From positions 1,116,001 to 1,180,000 of the forward strand of contig JAMWBK010000010.1 in assembly GCA_029953675.1 (NCBI GenBank): a stretch of DNA of 64,000 nt. The letters run 5' to 3'. Origin of the DNA: Rhodosorus marinus CCMP1338. Its lineage: Eukaryota; Plantae; Rhodophyta. The notes under the pieces are model-generated. The model had not been told where the DNA came from, ran no database searches, and saw only the letters and a program-made list of their open reading frames with translations. A program made the position numbers and the translations under genes. The first letter of the stretch is position 1, and each line of letters starts with the position of its first letter. This document shows positions 1 through 11,793 of the stretch, in pieces.

Positions 1-650
1 TTTTTGTCGGCGCATTCGCCCCCCTCCAACAGTAAGCACAATTTTTAATAAAGTAGCATTCCAAAAATTATTTTGGACTTTCTTGATGGAAGCTCTGATT
101 CCCATCCAGCCCTTGCCCGAAAAAAACCATCGCCCGGAGAATGCAAACGAATGCGCGTACCCCCCTGAATCGATGAGATGAACTTTCCTCATAATTAAAC
201 AAATCCTATTATTGAATAATTATTGTACATATGTTTTGGCGGGACTTTTGCGTTGGATAGGTTAGGGGTGGCTATAGACGATTGGAAATTTTTTCTCCCC
301 GACGAATGTGATGCCCTGAATGGGGGCGGAGAAATGGATGTGGAAGCATATTGGGGGCTATTAAGCTTCCACCGGGGTACAGGGCGCAAGGCCTTCGGGG
401 AGGGGTCTGCGGGGCTGGTGGGATTCTGTCGAAGTTTTTCGCTAGGTGTACATAAGAAAGGCTGGAGTTTTGTTGAGGTATTCTCTGTTTTCAATTGACG
501 ATGGTTGGTGAAGATAAGAATCAAGGCTTCGTGGCGGTTGCGAAGCAGTCGCCGTCGGAGTCTTATCAAGTCACGCGCTCCTGGGGACAGAAGAGTGGAA
601 GCTTTCTGGATAAGAGTGGTAAGATTGGTTGTACATAAGATACTCCCCTG

Positions 651-1304
651 TTGTCGCTTTTTCGACAGAGTTCTGACGTTGAACTTGCGCCCGTTCGCAA
701 ATTTTTCTGTGCAGCAATCGTGTTCGATTGGGATGACACTCTTTTCGCCTCAAGTGCGATGTCAAGCTACGGACTGTACTCTTCCGAGGAAATCGACTTG
801 ACCAGTGAAATGCAAGGGCTGCTTATTGAGCTGGAAGAACACGTAATTTCCGTTTTGGAGAAAGCCGTTAGGTTCGGCAAAGTCTGCATTATCACCAACG
901 CGGACAACGGATGGGTTGCGCTATGTGGAGAGCGGTTCTTCCCCCGTGCGTTGAGCTTTATTGAGAGGAAGGAGATCCCCGTCATCTCGGCAAGACATTT
1001 ATATGAGTCCAAATACCCAACTACTCCGAACAAGTGGAAGGAGGCAGCTTTCGCCGAACATCTAGCTCCCTGGTGCCACCGCGAGGAGGATCTGAACGTT
1101 TTAGTTCTAGGAGATGGCCTTAGTGAGAGACTTGCAGCGCACGCTTTTGCGAGGAATAGAACGCAGGCGCGTGTGAAAACTGTCAAGTTCATCGAGCATC
1201 CAACCATCAAGGAGCTCGTCCAACAGCTTTTCCTTTTAGAAACATCCTTTGATTATATCTGGGAGCACGACGGGACATTTGACATTGACCTCAATTTCCA
1301 GTGA
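651..1304 (+). CDS. HAD-superfamily hydrolase-like protein (FDWDDT family), single exon, 217 aa
   Basis: HAD motif I (IVFDWDDTL), motif II (CIITNA), motif III Lys (KWKE/RVKTVK) and motif IV (VLVLGDG) in one intact ORF. Confidence 0.8.
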   Translation: MSLFRQSSDVELAPVRKFFCAAIVFDWDDTLFASSAMSSYGLYSSEEIDLTSEMQGLLIELEEHVISVLEKAVRFGKVCIITNADNGWVALCGERFFPRALSFIERKEIPVISARHLYESKYPTTPNKWKEAAFAEHLAPWCHREEDLNVLVLGDGLSERLAAHAFARNRTQARVKTVKFIEHPTIKELVQQLFLLETSFDYIWEHDGTFDIDLNFQ

Positions 1305-1737
1305 ACAGATGCAGAAGAAGGCCAGCTTCTGCTCCTGTTGAACGAATCAATCCTCTCATTAAAATCTAACTTATACTTGCGGACTAACATGAAATTTGCC
1401 TAGTAACTGGCCAGACTCTGATAACTTGCTAGCCCGCACCAAGCTCAGGAAAAACATGCCAGTACAAGACATGCATCTCAATCTGGCTGAGTCCACCCCG
1501 TCCACAGTACTCCCCTCCAATCGGTTCCATTCCCATTGAGATTGATAAATCAGGCACAAGCGAACCAGATTTCACACGCCGGAGAGTTGCTCGTTTTGGG
1601 GGGGGAAGGAATGTGGGAGTGCCAGCTTGAAGCGGGAGGCAGGAGATTGTCAGGCATCTGAGGCGTCCTCCGATACTATTAGACTGAGCTCTTATTGTAC
1701 GGACGTGTTTTTTGTGTTTGTTTTTCTACCGTTTGAG

Positions 1738-2283
1738 ATGCCTCGACTATCAAAAAGGCTGCCGTCCCTTGAAGCGAATTCTGACGAAGCCAGGGCATCC
1801 AATCGGCGCCTGAAGAAGCAGAAGGTGAGTTGTCCAATTGTGGTTCAGCGTGTCCTTCTGCGGGGGCTAATACGCTGTTTCTCCTGCCCCAGATGAGAGA
1901 GGCGAAGAAGAAGAGAGCACCGGCAGAGGCTTCCGCCGAAAAACTTGCAGCCGAAACTTCGAAGACGGCGAGCTTCGAGGCCGCCTTGGAACAGAGCAAG
2001 GACCTGCCAGATGCTGAGAGACAGGCTGTGCAGAGGATTATACGAAACCGGCTTAGTGCTGAACTGTCCCGGCAGAGGTGGAAGGCAAGAATAACTGCTT
2101 TGGAGACTGAAATTGAAACTCTGAGAACGCTTCGGAGCAATCTAACAGACGTAAGATGTGTTGTCTTGATAGCTTGAGTGAAACTGGATTCCACCCGCTA
2201 ACGCCAGTTCGTGAATTACCAAATCCGTTGTATTCCACGTTTCGCAGGTCGAGCAGGAGCTCATCCAGATGAATGGGATTTAA
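1738..2283 (+). CDS. bZIP transcription factor, 3 exons (1738-1824, 1893-2150, 2248-2283)
   Basis: Basic region QRIIRNRLSAELSRQRWK followed by a heptad zipper (ITALETEIETLRTLRSNLTDVEQEL). Both GT-AG introns are phase 0 and keep the frame. Confidence 0.85.
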
Positions 2284-3212
2284 GAGATTATCATGTATGC
2301 TATCTATATCATATACTACAGGCGCTGAGGGTAATTTTATTAAAAGCCATGCAGGCGGTTATCGGTAACGCAAAAGTCGGAAGATAGAGACATTTAGAGG
2401 TGGTCCAGAAGCCGCATGGAACTCTCGGCACAACTATGACGAGGCATCCTCGAACCTGGAGGAGAGAAATCACGTAGACTCGGTTCCTGGAAAGTCTGGC
2501 GCAAGAGTAATATCCTGAGAAGATGCAGGTTGAAATCCGACCAGGAATCGAGAATCGCATCCATCCCAGCCATGCACGCTTCGATGTCCGGAGCAGAGGT
2601 TGCCAGGCAAACTACCTCTGTGACTCGGCCAAACTTCAGTCAAATTGAGCTTCCATAATGATTGAACACCTGAAAAAGCCGAAAATGTGATCAATCGTTT
2701 CTAGGGGGGAAACCACCTTAGATTGAACAGACTCAGATAATGCAAAAACTTTAATTCATTATATGATAAATTGTATTTGAGCGCAAAAAAGAAATGCATA
2801 GCTCCCCCCCGGCGTTCCTTTCTTCCGGAAAGAAAAGATTCCGCAGGAAAGTTCTAAATCGAAGATTCCTTGAGAAATGCCTGAAAAACTTCTACAAAAA
2901 GAAAAAAGAATCGGTCCTGCTAAAACCCCTCCAAGGGCTCCAGGCCGTTTCCCGTGATGCTGAAAGACAACTGGCATACCATAGTTGGTTAATTTTGGAA
3001 TTACATGAAATCGATTGGATGGTTGCTAGCTATTTAAAGATTCTTCACAAAATTTGGATCGAAAAGACTCGGCTTGAGGGGAACTGATTTATATATGTTT
3101 TATTGAAATATTTGACCCGCCACTTTTTTCGGGGGACATCCCAGGAACACGGGACAATGGCAGTATATGGGATAGTTAAGAAGTGGCCGTTCAGGGCGTG
3201 TTGTCAACTCAT

Positions 3213-3247
3213 GGGTTGGGAGGGAGGGAGGGAGGGAGGGAGGGAGG
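3213..3247 (+). repeat. (GGGA)n microsatellite with G-quadruplex potential upstream of CHCHD2
   Basis: GGGTT(GGGA)7GG read directly, about 110-150 nt upstream of the ATG at 3360. Confidence 0.9.
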
Positions 3248-3359
3248 TTGCTAGTTCGAGTGTATAGGTGAAGGAGAGTTTTGAACATTTCGGGAGTGTT
3301 TCTTTTGTAAAAAGAGGAGGTGACTTGTTTGTAAAGAAGTGTGAGAAAAAGGGGGAAAG

Positions 3360-4085
3360 ATGCCAAGGAGTAGAAGAACGGGAATGGGGAGAGCTCCGCC
3401 GAGGAGGCCCCCGCCGCCGTCCCGGGCTCCTTCCCGATCGGCTAGTACGAGGTACGTTTGAGTAATGTGGAAGTGGTTTTTGTTGATTTGGTAGGGTTGG
3501 GAGTCGGGAAATGGTGTGGTTTCTAAATGATTCGTTTTGCGCTCTATCGCCATCTTCAGTGCACCTCCACCGGCGCAGAAGGCGCAGCCGCAGAAGACAG
3601 AGCAGGCTAAGCAAGCATCTCCGCCCCAGACCACCAATGCAGCCGCTCCGCCGGCAACTGCTCAGCCTGGAGGTGGAATGATGAGTAACATCATGACTAC
3701 CGCAGCGGGAGTTGCCGCTGGTCACGTTGCTGGACGTGCCATTGATCGTGCCATTTGGTAAGCTTACGTCCTCCTTCGAACTGCTTCATTTAGTTCTCGT
3801 AGATCTACGCATTGTCTCTAACTCTCAAGAATTTTGTGAATTTTGAACAGGGGAAATGGAAGTGGAGAGGGTGCGGAGCAAGGCGCACCCGTCGAAGGGT
3901 ACGATCAGGGATACGATCAGGGACAGCAGTTGCCTCAGCAGGGAGAGGTTTGCGGGTTCGAGTTGTCGAACTTCCGCCAATGCCTTGAGCGAAACAACAA
4001 CGATGCCAGCGCATGTCAGTGGAACTATGAAGTTTTGCTCCAGTGCCAGAATCCAAATCAGGAGCAGCCACAGGCAAACTTCTAG
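3360..4085 (+). CDS. CHCHD2: CHCHD2/CHCHD10/Mix17-like mitochondrial twin CX9C protein, 3 exons
   Basis: Arg/Pro-rich N-terminus, conserved hydrophobic GGGMMSNIMTTAAGVAAGHVAGRAI segment, and C-terminal CX9C-X10-CX9C (CGFELSNFRQC...CQWNYEVLLQC). Confidence 0.9.
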
Positions 4086-5094
4086 ACGATTAGTCCGTAG
4101 TGAAAAGCAGATGGTGATTTTTGTTAATTTGGATGAGCGAGCTAAGCTAGTGGCGAGCTGTCTTTCAGTTAGAAGGGATGCTCTCGATTTAGAAATAAAC
4201 TCACTCCATTATCCGTGTACTCAACTTGGTTTTCTGCATGAAAGCGAGTGCTTAGCAAAATCCCAAAGACAAGCACTTGCAGGTCCAAAAGCCACAACAT
4301 TCATTGACCTAGTCGACGAAGTCTCCCTACAGAAAAATTCCGTTCTGGCCTTTTAAAGGCGGAGCAAAACGGATCTTCCAGCAGTTGCGGGTAGAGCATA
4401 ACTCAGACTCCCACATTCACCCAGACTCCACTCGGGTCGGAGCGATCGATACATTGGGTGCTCAGCTCAGAAAGGGGAAAAACGCAGAAACTATGATTAT
4501 CCACTAGTAGCTACTACTATTATGGAACTAGGATGAGAACAATTCGGCCAGTCCCATTTGCCTTGCTCAAACATGGGACCAAGCAACCAACGACGTCTAG
4601 GAACGCAAGACCAGACCGGATCCTTCCGTCGGCGTGCACAATGTCTTATGAGCAACAAAAGCAATTCGAGATAAGACCCTGAGCTGACTAGAAGCATCGA
4701 GTTTCCCAGATTGAAGAGTACAATACTGAGTCGGATCTAAGCATTCCAGTTCGAACATCTGGCCATCTTAAGCTACCCCCGTTCCAGCTCGAACCAAAAA
4801 GCTCAAAATCGTGGCAGCGCCGAGATGAGGAGGGATCGATGCGCAAAAGTGTGGGTGAGGAGGGTGTGCGGGGTACGATATTCAGTTTGTGTTTATTTTG
4901 ATAACCTGGATCATCGTATTGAAAGCACCAACGGTAGAAAGCAGTTCCAGGTGCTCCTCACGTTGACTTTTTGTCTCGGCTGTGGAACCCTGGCATGGTG
5001 TGACGAGGTTGTTTCGATTTTAGGGGATCCTAGGTTTCGGGGTTGTCTTCAAGCTGTTCGGGGGTTGTCTTCCCTGTTTTGAGGGCCGGACAAG

Positions 5095-6141
5095 ATGTTG
5101 CGCGGCCTTGCTGCGGTGGCGATGAAGCGCAGCCAGCCGCATACTGAGTTCGCTCGGTTTTCACACTTCAGTCGGTTGAAGGGTAGGCACCGCCACAGGA
5201 TCTTGGCGTTGGGACGTTATAGGGAGATGAGGTGTGAGACCCATCCACCAGTAAGGACGAAGTTCCTCACTCCATTTTTGGCAACTGAACTCCCCCCGAG
5301 GGAGGCGGAGATGATAGCGGGTGTCAAAGCGAGGATGGCGGACAAGAACCGCGAACGTCCACATGCATGGCTGGATGACATGAACATGACACCACAAGCG
5401 GATAAGACGGAAGAAGAGAAGAAGATCCTGGGGCACAGACCAATGGTCTATCAACTGCCTCTCTATGGTCACGACAACCGCGAAGAGATCATAGATAACC
5501 TCCCAATAGAGAAAGTCTACAAGCTTCTTTCGGTGTACGGATGTCCATATTACTCTATGGATGTTTGGGGGCGTCCAAGACTCAAGGATGTAACAAAGTT
5601 CAGGTACCTCACGAGAAAAGTTGGCGTCGTCGCAACAAATAAGAATAAGACGCAGGCCACTGTAATGGTCAGGTATATGAGATATAACTGGAGATACCGC
5701 TATGTAAGCCCGCTGTCGACTCAGATCACCTTAGTTTGCCTATGTTTTGATCTAGTTTCTCATGAAAGCACTCTCGTCTCCTACTTACAGAGATACTGGT
5801 GGACGAGGAAGTTTAAATGCCATGACGAATTTAACATTTGCAGATTAGGGGACGTGGTGGTTATCCAAGCGCAGCGGTTTGAGAAATATGGGAAGGATTT
5901 TACTGTTGTACAAAACTACGGCAACAAGGAGAAAATTGAAGGTACCGAGAGAGCGGAGAGAATAAAGGAGTTAATTGAGGCTGTGGAGTACGACCCGGGT
6001 GTTGCGCAGTACCTTCCTGCTGATTCGAGGTACAAAAAAATGAAAAAGAGGATCAAACGATTCCAGTGGCGGGTGGCAGGCAAGTTCAGTAGACGCCAGG
6101 ACAAGAAGTACAGTTTTAAGAGGTTCCACATGCAAGTCTAA
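5095..6141 (+). CDS. MRPS17: Extended (probably mitochondrial) ribosomal protein uS17, with an in-frame 87-nt intron at 5704-5790
   Basis: KVGVVATNKNKTQATVMV...RKFKCHDEFNICRLGDVVVIQ aligns with the uS17 core (GVVVSDKMDKTVVV...KKYKAHDENNECKVGDVV) without gaps once the GTAAGC...TTACAG intron is removed. The N-terminus is Arg-rich and presequence-like. Confidence 0.8.
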   Translation: MLRGLAAVAMKRSQPHTEFARFSHFSRLKGRHRHRILALGRYREMRCETHPPVRTKFLTPFLATELPPREAEMIAGVKARMADKNRERPHAWLDDMNMTPQADKTEEEKKILGHRPMVYQLPLYGHDNREEIIDNLPIEKVYKLLSVYGCPYYSMDVWGRPRLKDVTKFRYLTRKVGVVATNKNKTQATVMVRYMRYNWRYRYVSPLSTQITLVCLCFDLVSHESTLVSYLQRYWWTRKFKCHDEFNICRLGDVVVIQAQRFEKYGKDFTVVQNYGNKEKIEGTERAERIKELIEAVEYDPGVAQYLPADSRYKKMKKRIKRFQWRVAGKFSRRQDKKYSFKRFHMQV

Positions 6142-6297
6142 ACCAGTGGCGATGCGAAAAACCAAACCTTGCAGTGGAAAAAGGCAGCTGGGTGCCTCGA
6201 CATGCGCTATACTATTGAGCTGTTTAGCCTAGCCCTTATGTCTGCATGCAGTCGGTAAACTTAGATTTTATTCTTCGCGTTCCCGAGAAGCTCCAGT

Positions 6298-7525
6298 CTA
6301 AGCTTCTTCCTTCATGAGCAAGTCGCAGGCTCTGTAAAGTGTTTTCATGAACCCGGGAATTCCTGTGGACACGGCCCAGTTGATTATCGATTTCGGTATC
6401 GTCCCGCGCGGATCATCGTAGAACGAGTAGACGTACTCTGTTACATCTGCCTGTCTTACCAGAATCCACATGCGCGTGGTCGTAGATTTTCATGAGCTTG
6501 GAACGCCTCGAGATGATCGCAGTTATGAGATAAAGTAACTAGCTATGAGCTGAATGCTTACATTTTCGCGTGCTCTCAGGACATACGTGCCGAAGTAGTC
6601 CAGGACACGAACTTTGCGCCTCACCTCCGGCTTTTTTTCATTTGCGGTTGTTCTCGTTACGAAAACGTAAGAGCCATCTACTTCCTTTCTGTATCGTCTG
6701 GCGTAGACATAGTCCCTGAGCGAAGAAAAGAGACGCACAACCAATTGTCGAGACTTAGCACAACGACTGACTACTAAACGGCACAGGCCTCCATGGCGTC
6801 CGGTGTTCCGCCTGATAAGCCCTTACCTGTTAGAAAACCAAAGTGGATACTTCGCATCCCAGTAGATGTAATCAGTGCTGCCCTCCGACCCGATCACTTC
6901 GAGTTTCTCGCAGTGCTTGTCCCATCTTTTGTGAAAATCAACATCAAGGAGTACCTTGACGAATGTTTCGACACCGTAAGGTGCGGATCCGAGGATCAAG
7001 TACTCATAGACGCCCTGCTTCCCCACCTTCTTCCAGATCCTGAGGGCATCCTTATCCTTCCTCGGGTCACCATTTTGAATCAGTGCTTCAAAACCCTTCC
7101 CCTCGGGCGGTCCCCCGGCCTCGAAGTAGGAGAAGTTGTCCTGGACTGAGTCCATATCCGAATCGCTGACAACCTCGACCATCTTTTCTGACAGTGCTCT
7201 TCACAACTCCAGGCAACCAGTTCTTCCGTGGACCGGGAATTCCGGTGATCAAGGAGCGCTAACTTCTGCTTCAACGGAAACAGGTCAGGCCGCTCCAGCA
7301 GGCTTCTCAGCTGCTCCCACAGCCCAATGCTCCTGGAAGACAAGCTTTTTGAGCTATCTACCACTGATCAGAACAGAAGATCAGCATTCACAGGCGTTTT
7401 TTCTCCTGTCAAAAAGATACCATAATATTCTTTACCAACCCAAACCAACCCAGGGGTTGCTCACGGACCCCATACCCCTTTGCAAAACGCTGATCCCAGA
7501 TTTCGTTATCCAAATGGGACACCAT
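6298..7525 (-). CDS. START-domain lipid transfer protein (PCTP/STARD7-like), multi-exon; 5' end uncertain (conserved part 6298-7182)
   Basis: DVDFHKRWDKHC, YIYWDAKYPLWFSNR|DYVYAR, KVRVLDYFG and C-terminal YDDPRGTIPKSIINWAVSTGIPGFMKTLYRAC are START signatures. Confidence 0.85.
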
Positions 7526-9915
7526 CCCTAAGGCACCGATCCATCCACCACGTCATCCCAATTTTTTGTCAGCACCGGGATGGAAAGCGTCTATGCTCAA
7601 CAAGGCAGACATTCACCAAGACAGGATTTTGTCTGGTGATAGGGTTCTAGGCTAGGTCTAGATCCATCTACAGTATGGTAACATCCGGATCAGCCTCCTC
7701 ATACCAGACTCGAAAAGCCTTCCCCACCCCCCCCCCCAACTGCCAATGATTCGAGGCCTGGTTCTCACGGGGCAGTCAACTGGAATATGCAAATAAAGAT
7801 TCAAGACACGCGTAAAAACATAATTTGTTAGTACCATTCGTATTATCCAATTAGCGTGCTTAATTCTGGTAATTTTGATGATTCTCAACGGATCCGGTAA
7901 TTGGGACACTTTTTGGGACTGTAGGAATCCTTAGGTTTTCGTAGGTTGGGTAGGGTTTCAAAAAGCTGTCTTCGACTTTAGCCGTGTGTTAGATCTTTCG
8001 AACCAGCTCTCGTCCTTTATATATGTCGCAGTAGCAACGTATCATTTTTCTATAGAGGATATGAGCTTGCAAACTATTTGCCAAGAGGGACCGACGGTCC
8101 TCGCATTTTGGTCGCGCTTGCTTCTCTGCTGATTTGTGAATCAGTTCTGCACTTGCAAGCTTATATCCTTGTAGCGTCAATAGCTGTCATTACTTGTTTA
8201 GCTGAGAACACAGTTGTAGGACAGAGCACGCTAGACTACTGCTTGCCTTGCCTGCCGGTACCGAATTCTGCTTTGATCGCCGCGTTGCGGTGGTGAACTG
8301 TAATCCGATTAGTCCCTTAACAGAGTTCTTAGATGACTTCAAGGGAACAGAGAGTGGAAACTATCTCGTTGAAGCTTCTCAACCCCATCAGCGGGGTCCT
8401 CCATAGGAGACGCTTTTACAGGATGGCTTTTAATGTTCGAATACCTGGTTCGCAGTTGTAAAAGGGCGGGTCGTCACAAGTTGGAAAGGGGAACACGCGG
8501 TGCATCGTGTTCACGGGAAGGCGTGGTATACCGAGGTTAAAGTACTCCAATGAGATCGGGAAATGGTATCCGTGAGCATTGCATTTGTTCTCCCTGTGTT
8601 TTTGCGCGTCAGAGAAATTCCATAGTTTCTCACCATTAGCGACTGGGTTGGTTGTAGTCGGGACTGAAAGCACTGATGAAGATACCGCAGACACAGCTTC
8701 AATAAGTCAGATAAAGAAAATTGGATAGCATTGCAATCGTCCTGGCAGAACTTTCCCGATTGTGCGCGTCCTAAAGCTATCCTAAAGTTGTGCGAACTGC
8801 CCAGACCGCCTTTAGAGTGTCTGTTCACTGCGTTTCGAGATGAACGGCCAGCCGGAAAAGCAGATCAATGTATCCAGACCTGTCCGCAGCGTAGCCCTGC
8901 CTAGGTTGTAGTTTTTGGGGCTGACCATGAGAGTAGTTTGCAGGAGCTGCTAGAAGCCGATCACTGGGATGGCGAAGAACTGGAGTTCGAAACGTCGCGG
9001 TTCGGATACCCCTGACATGTTCAGCTAGACCACTGCTTGAAGCTGTTGCTGTGAAACAGTCTACTACAACAAGATCGCAATAGAGCACCAGTCAGTTGCT
9101 GATAATCCACGCGATTTGCTGCACCATTAGACGCTCAACCCACGCACGAAGACCACCGGGCCGTGATCAACGACCGAACCAGTTCAAGCAGCCGGGGAAA
9201 CTTGTGAAGCGGTAGCAATGCCAAGCGTTGAGTGAGTGGGCATCCCAGGCTAGTACCCTGACCACACAAACCCAACACGCGATTTCAAAAACCGCATCAA
9301 TAAGAGCCAAAGAAACCACCAACCTGTACGACCAGAGTTCGGTTGGGCGATCCCAACGCAATTCCGCTTCGTAGCAACCACACTCCCCAAGGACAGACGA
9401 GATCGCGCCACAGCAGACTAGCCCGAGCTCACCTCTACCAATTCCCATCGTAGCCGATGAGAACTACTCAAGAAAGTCCGTTGCACCCTAGCTTAGGACG
9501 CGTGTCCATAATCAATTCGTTAATACAAGATATCCCAAGAAGAGTCAACACGCGTCAATATATGATTCGATTAAAATCCAAAAAGCCGCGTGGCAGAGAT
9601 CTATTGTATTAATCAACTATTATAGAGATATCTATTGGATAATAAATATTGTTTTAAGAAATTTTAGCGAGCCGGTTTGGACCGTGGGGACATGGCCGTT
9701 GGGTATCTAAAGGGGGAGGCGGGTGGGGGGGGGGGGAAGGGATAGTTGGGGGTAGTCGGGGAGAAGGAAAGGGTGGATGATATAATTTTTTGGAACATTT
9801 TTGGATCTGTTGTAAGCTCTTGTGCTAGTGTGTGTTTTTTGTAATTGAGTTTTCAGTTAGCATTTGAGTATTTGTAGTTGGATCTTTAGATCCTCGTTTT
9901 GGTGTTTTTTGCAAG

Positions 9916-11537
9916 ATGTCGGTTTCGAACAAGCTTGGGCTGGATGATATCGACGTGAAGGATAAGCGGGTGTTCATTCGGGTGGATTTCAATGTCCCCT
10001 TCGACAAGTCGGTAAGGAACGGTTAATATGTGCGAACTTTTGTCTTGCCCATGCGGATGGACTTCTCCCGCTCGAGTGTTTGGAGTATTTTGGAGAGCTT
10101 ATGCTCCAGCTGATGCGGGAAGAATCTTCTGGGGCAGGCGTTTTAGGACTTGGGTTCTGAAGCTGGATTTCACCTTTTTCTGTTTCCGTAGACTGGGGAA
10201 ATATCAAATACGCAGAGGATTGACGCCGCCATTCCGACAATTAAGAAGGTGATTGATTCCGGCGCAAAATCTGTGGTCCTCGCTTCTCACCTCGGCCGAC
10301 CGGAAGGAAAGGTTACCCCAAAGTTCTCCATGAAGCCCGTCGCAGCCGCTGTTGAGAAAGCCCTCGGAAAATCTGTCATTTTTCTAAGTGACTGTGTGGG
10401 ACCTGAGGTCGAAGCAGCCTGTAAGGATCCGCAACCAGGTACGTCCCTGACTTACAGAGAGCAAGTCAACGCGCATTCGCTTTTGGTGGAGACTCAATGA
10501 CGCTACTTCTGCGCTACTTGCACCCTGTACAGGCTCAGTGTTCCTTCTCGAAAATCTCAGATTCCATGTTGAGGAGGAGGGCAAGGGAACGGACGCAGAG
10601 GGAAACAAGATTAAGGCTGAGAAGGATAAGCTTGCCTCTTTCCGAGAGAGTTTATCTACCCTTGCTGATATCTACGTAAACGATGCCTTCGGAACTGCGC
10701 ACCGAGCGCATTCCTCAATGGTCGGAGTATGCCTTCCAGAGCGGGCAGCTGGGTACCTGATGAAGAAGGAGCTCGACTATTTTGGAAAGGCATTGGACAA
10801 TCCAACAAGGCCATTCCTTGCGATTCTGGGCGGTGCAAAGGTCTCTGATAAGATCCAATTGATCAACAACTTGTTGGACAAGGTTGACTCTATGATCATC
10901 GGTGGAGGCATGGCCTTTACTTTCACCAAGACGATAAGCTCGATGAAGATCGGAGCTTCCCTGTACGACGAGGAAGGATCGAAGATCGTTCCAGATATTA
11001 TGACGAAGGCGGAAGAAAAAGGTGTCAAAATTTATTTGCCCATTGACTTCATCACAGCGGACAAGTTCGCGGCCGACGCTACAACCGGAATCGCTACTGT
11101 GGCCGATGGAGTTCCTGACGGATGGATGGGTCTTGATGTGGGACCAGAGAGCTGTGAATTGTTCAGCAAAGTCGTGAAGGAATCAAAGACTATTGTCTGG
11201 AACGGACCTGCAGGAGTATTCGAATTCGAAGCTTTTAGTAAAGGAACTCTGGCGACGATGGAGGCGGTGAGGAACCCATTCTGCAGTACTCTCATCCAGG
11301 CGAGTAGTCCTGATGCTGTGTTTGCCTTGTTTTGCTTTTCTGTTTTGTTCCCTGTAGGTCGTTGCTGCAACGGAGGACGGAGCCATCTCAATCATTGGCG
11401 GAGGAGACACCGCCACTGCAGCGAAGAAGTTTGGAACTGAGAGCAAGGTGAGCCATGTGAGTACGGGAGGCGGAGCGAGCTTGGAGCTTCTTGAAGGAAA
11501 AGTCCTTCCAGGTGTTGATGCTTTGAGCACGAAGTAG
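9916..11537 (+). CDS. PGK: Phosphoglycerate kinase, cytosolic type, 4 exons
   Basis: [63 protein letters not shown] and [16 protein letters not shown]. Introns start at 10012, 10439 and about 11267. No transit peptide. Confidence 0.98.
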
Positions 11538-11793
11538 GCGATGAGAGAAGGAACAATGAGTAAAGACGGGATGTGATGGCTGGACGAGTTGTTCTCTGCC
11601 TCTTTCAACCCCCGTTGTTGTGTCACTGACGATTAAATCTAAGAGTGAGCTACGAAACTGTGAGTAATCTACAAGATTGCTGTTTATGCTCAGTTCGATT
11701 CAACAGTCGAGTCCTTGTCCACAGAGACGGTTGCTTCCCATCTGTAGTGGGTGCAGCAGCTCCTTTGAAAACTCCATCGAGGAAATAAGCCAT

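Noticed and set aside
2489-2496. GGAAAGTC resembling RNase P/MRP CR-I
   Set aside because: No matching CR-V/P4 partner was found downstream.
2330-2600. Small minus-strand ORFs downstream of the bZIP gene
   Set aside because: They are under 85 aa with no motif, and are probably 3' UTR or intergenic.
3898-3922. GATACGATCAGG-type short repeat
   Set aside because: It is a coding repeat (YDQG x2) in the low-complexity linker of CHCHD2.
10538-11440. PGK ORF with an aberrant C-terminus, as if truncated or frameshifted
   Set aside because: An ordinary intron at about 11267-11358 restores the canonical C-terminus.
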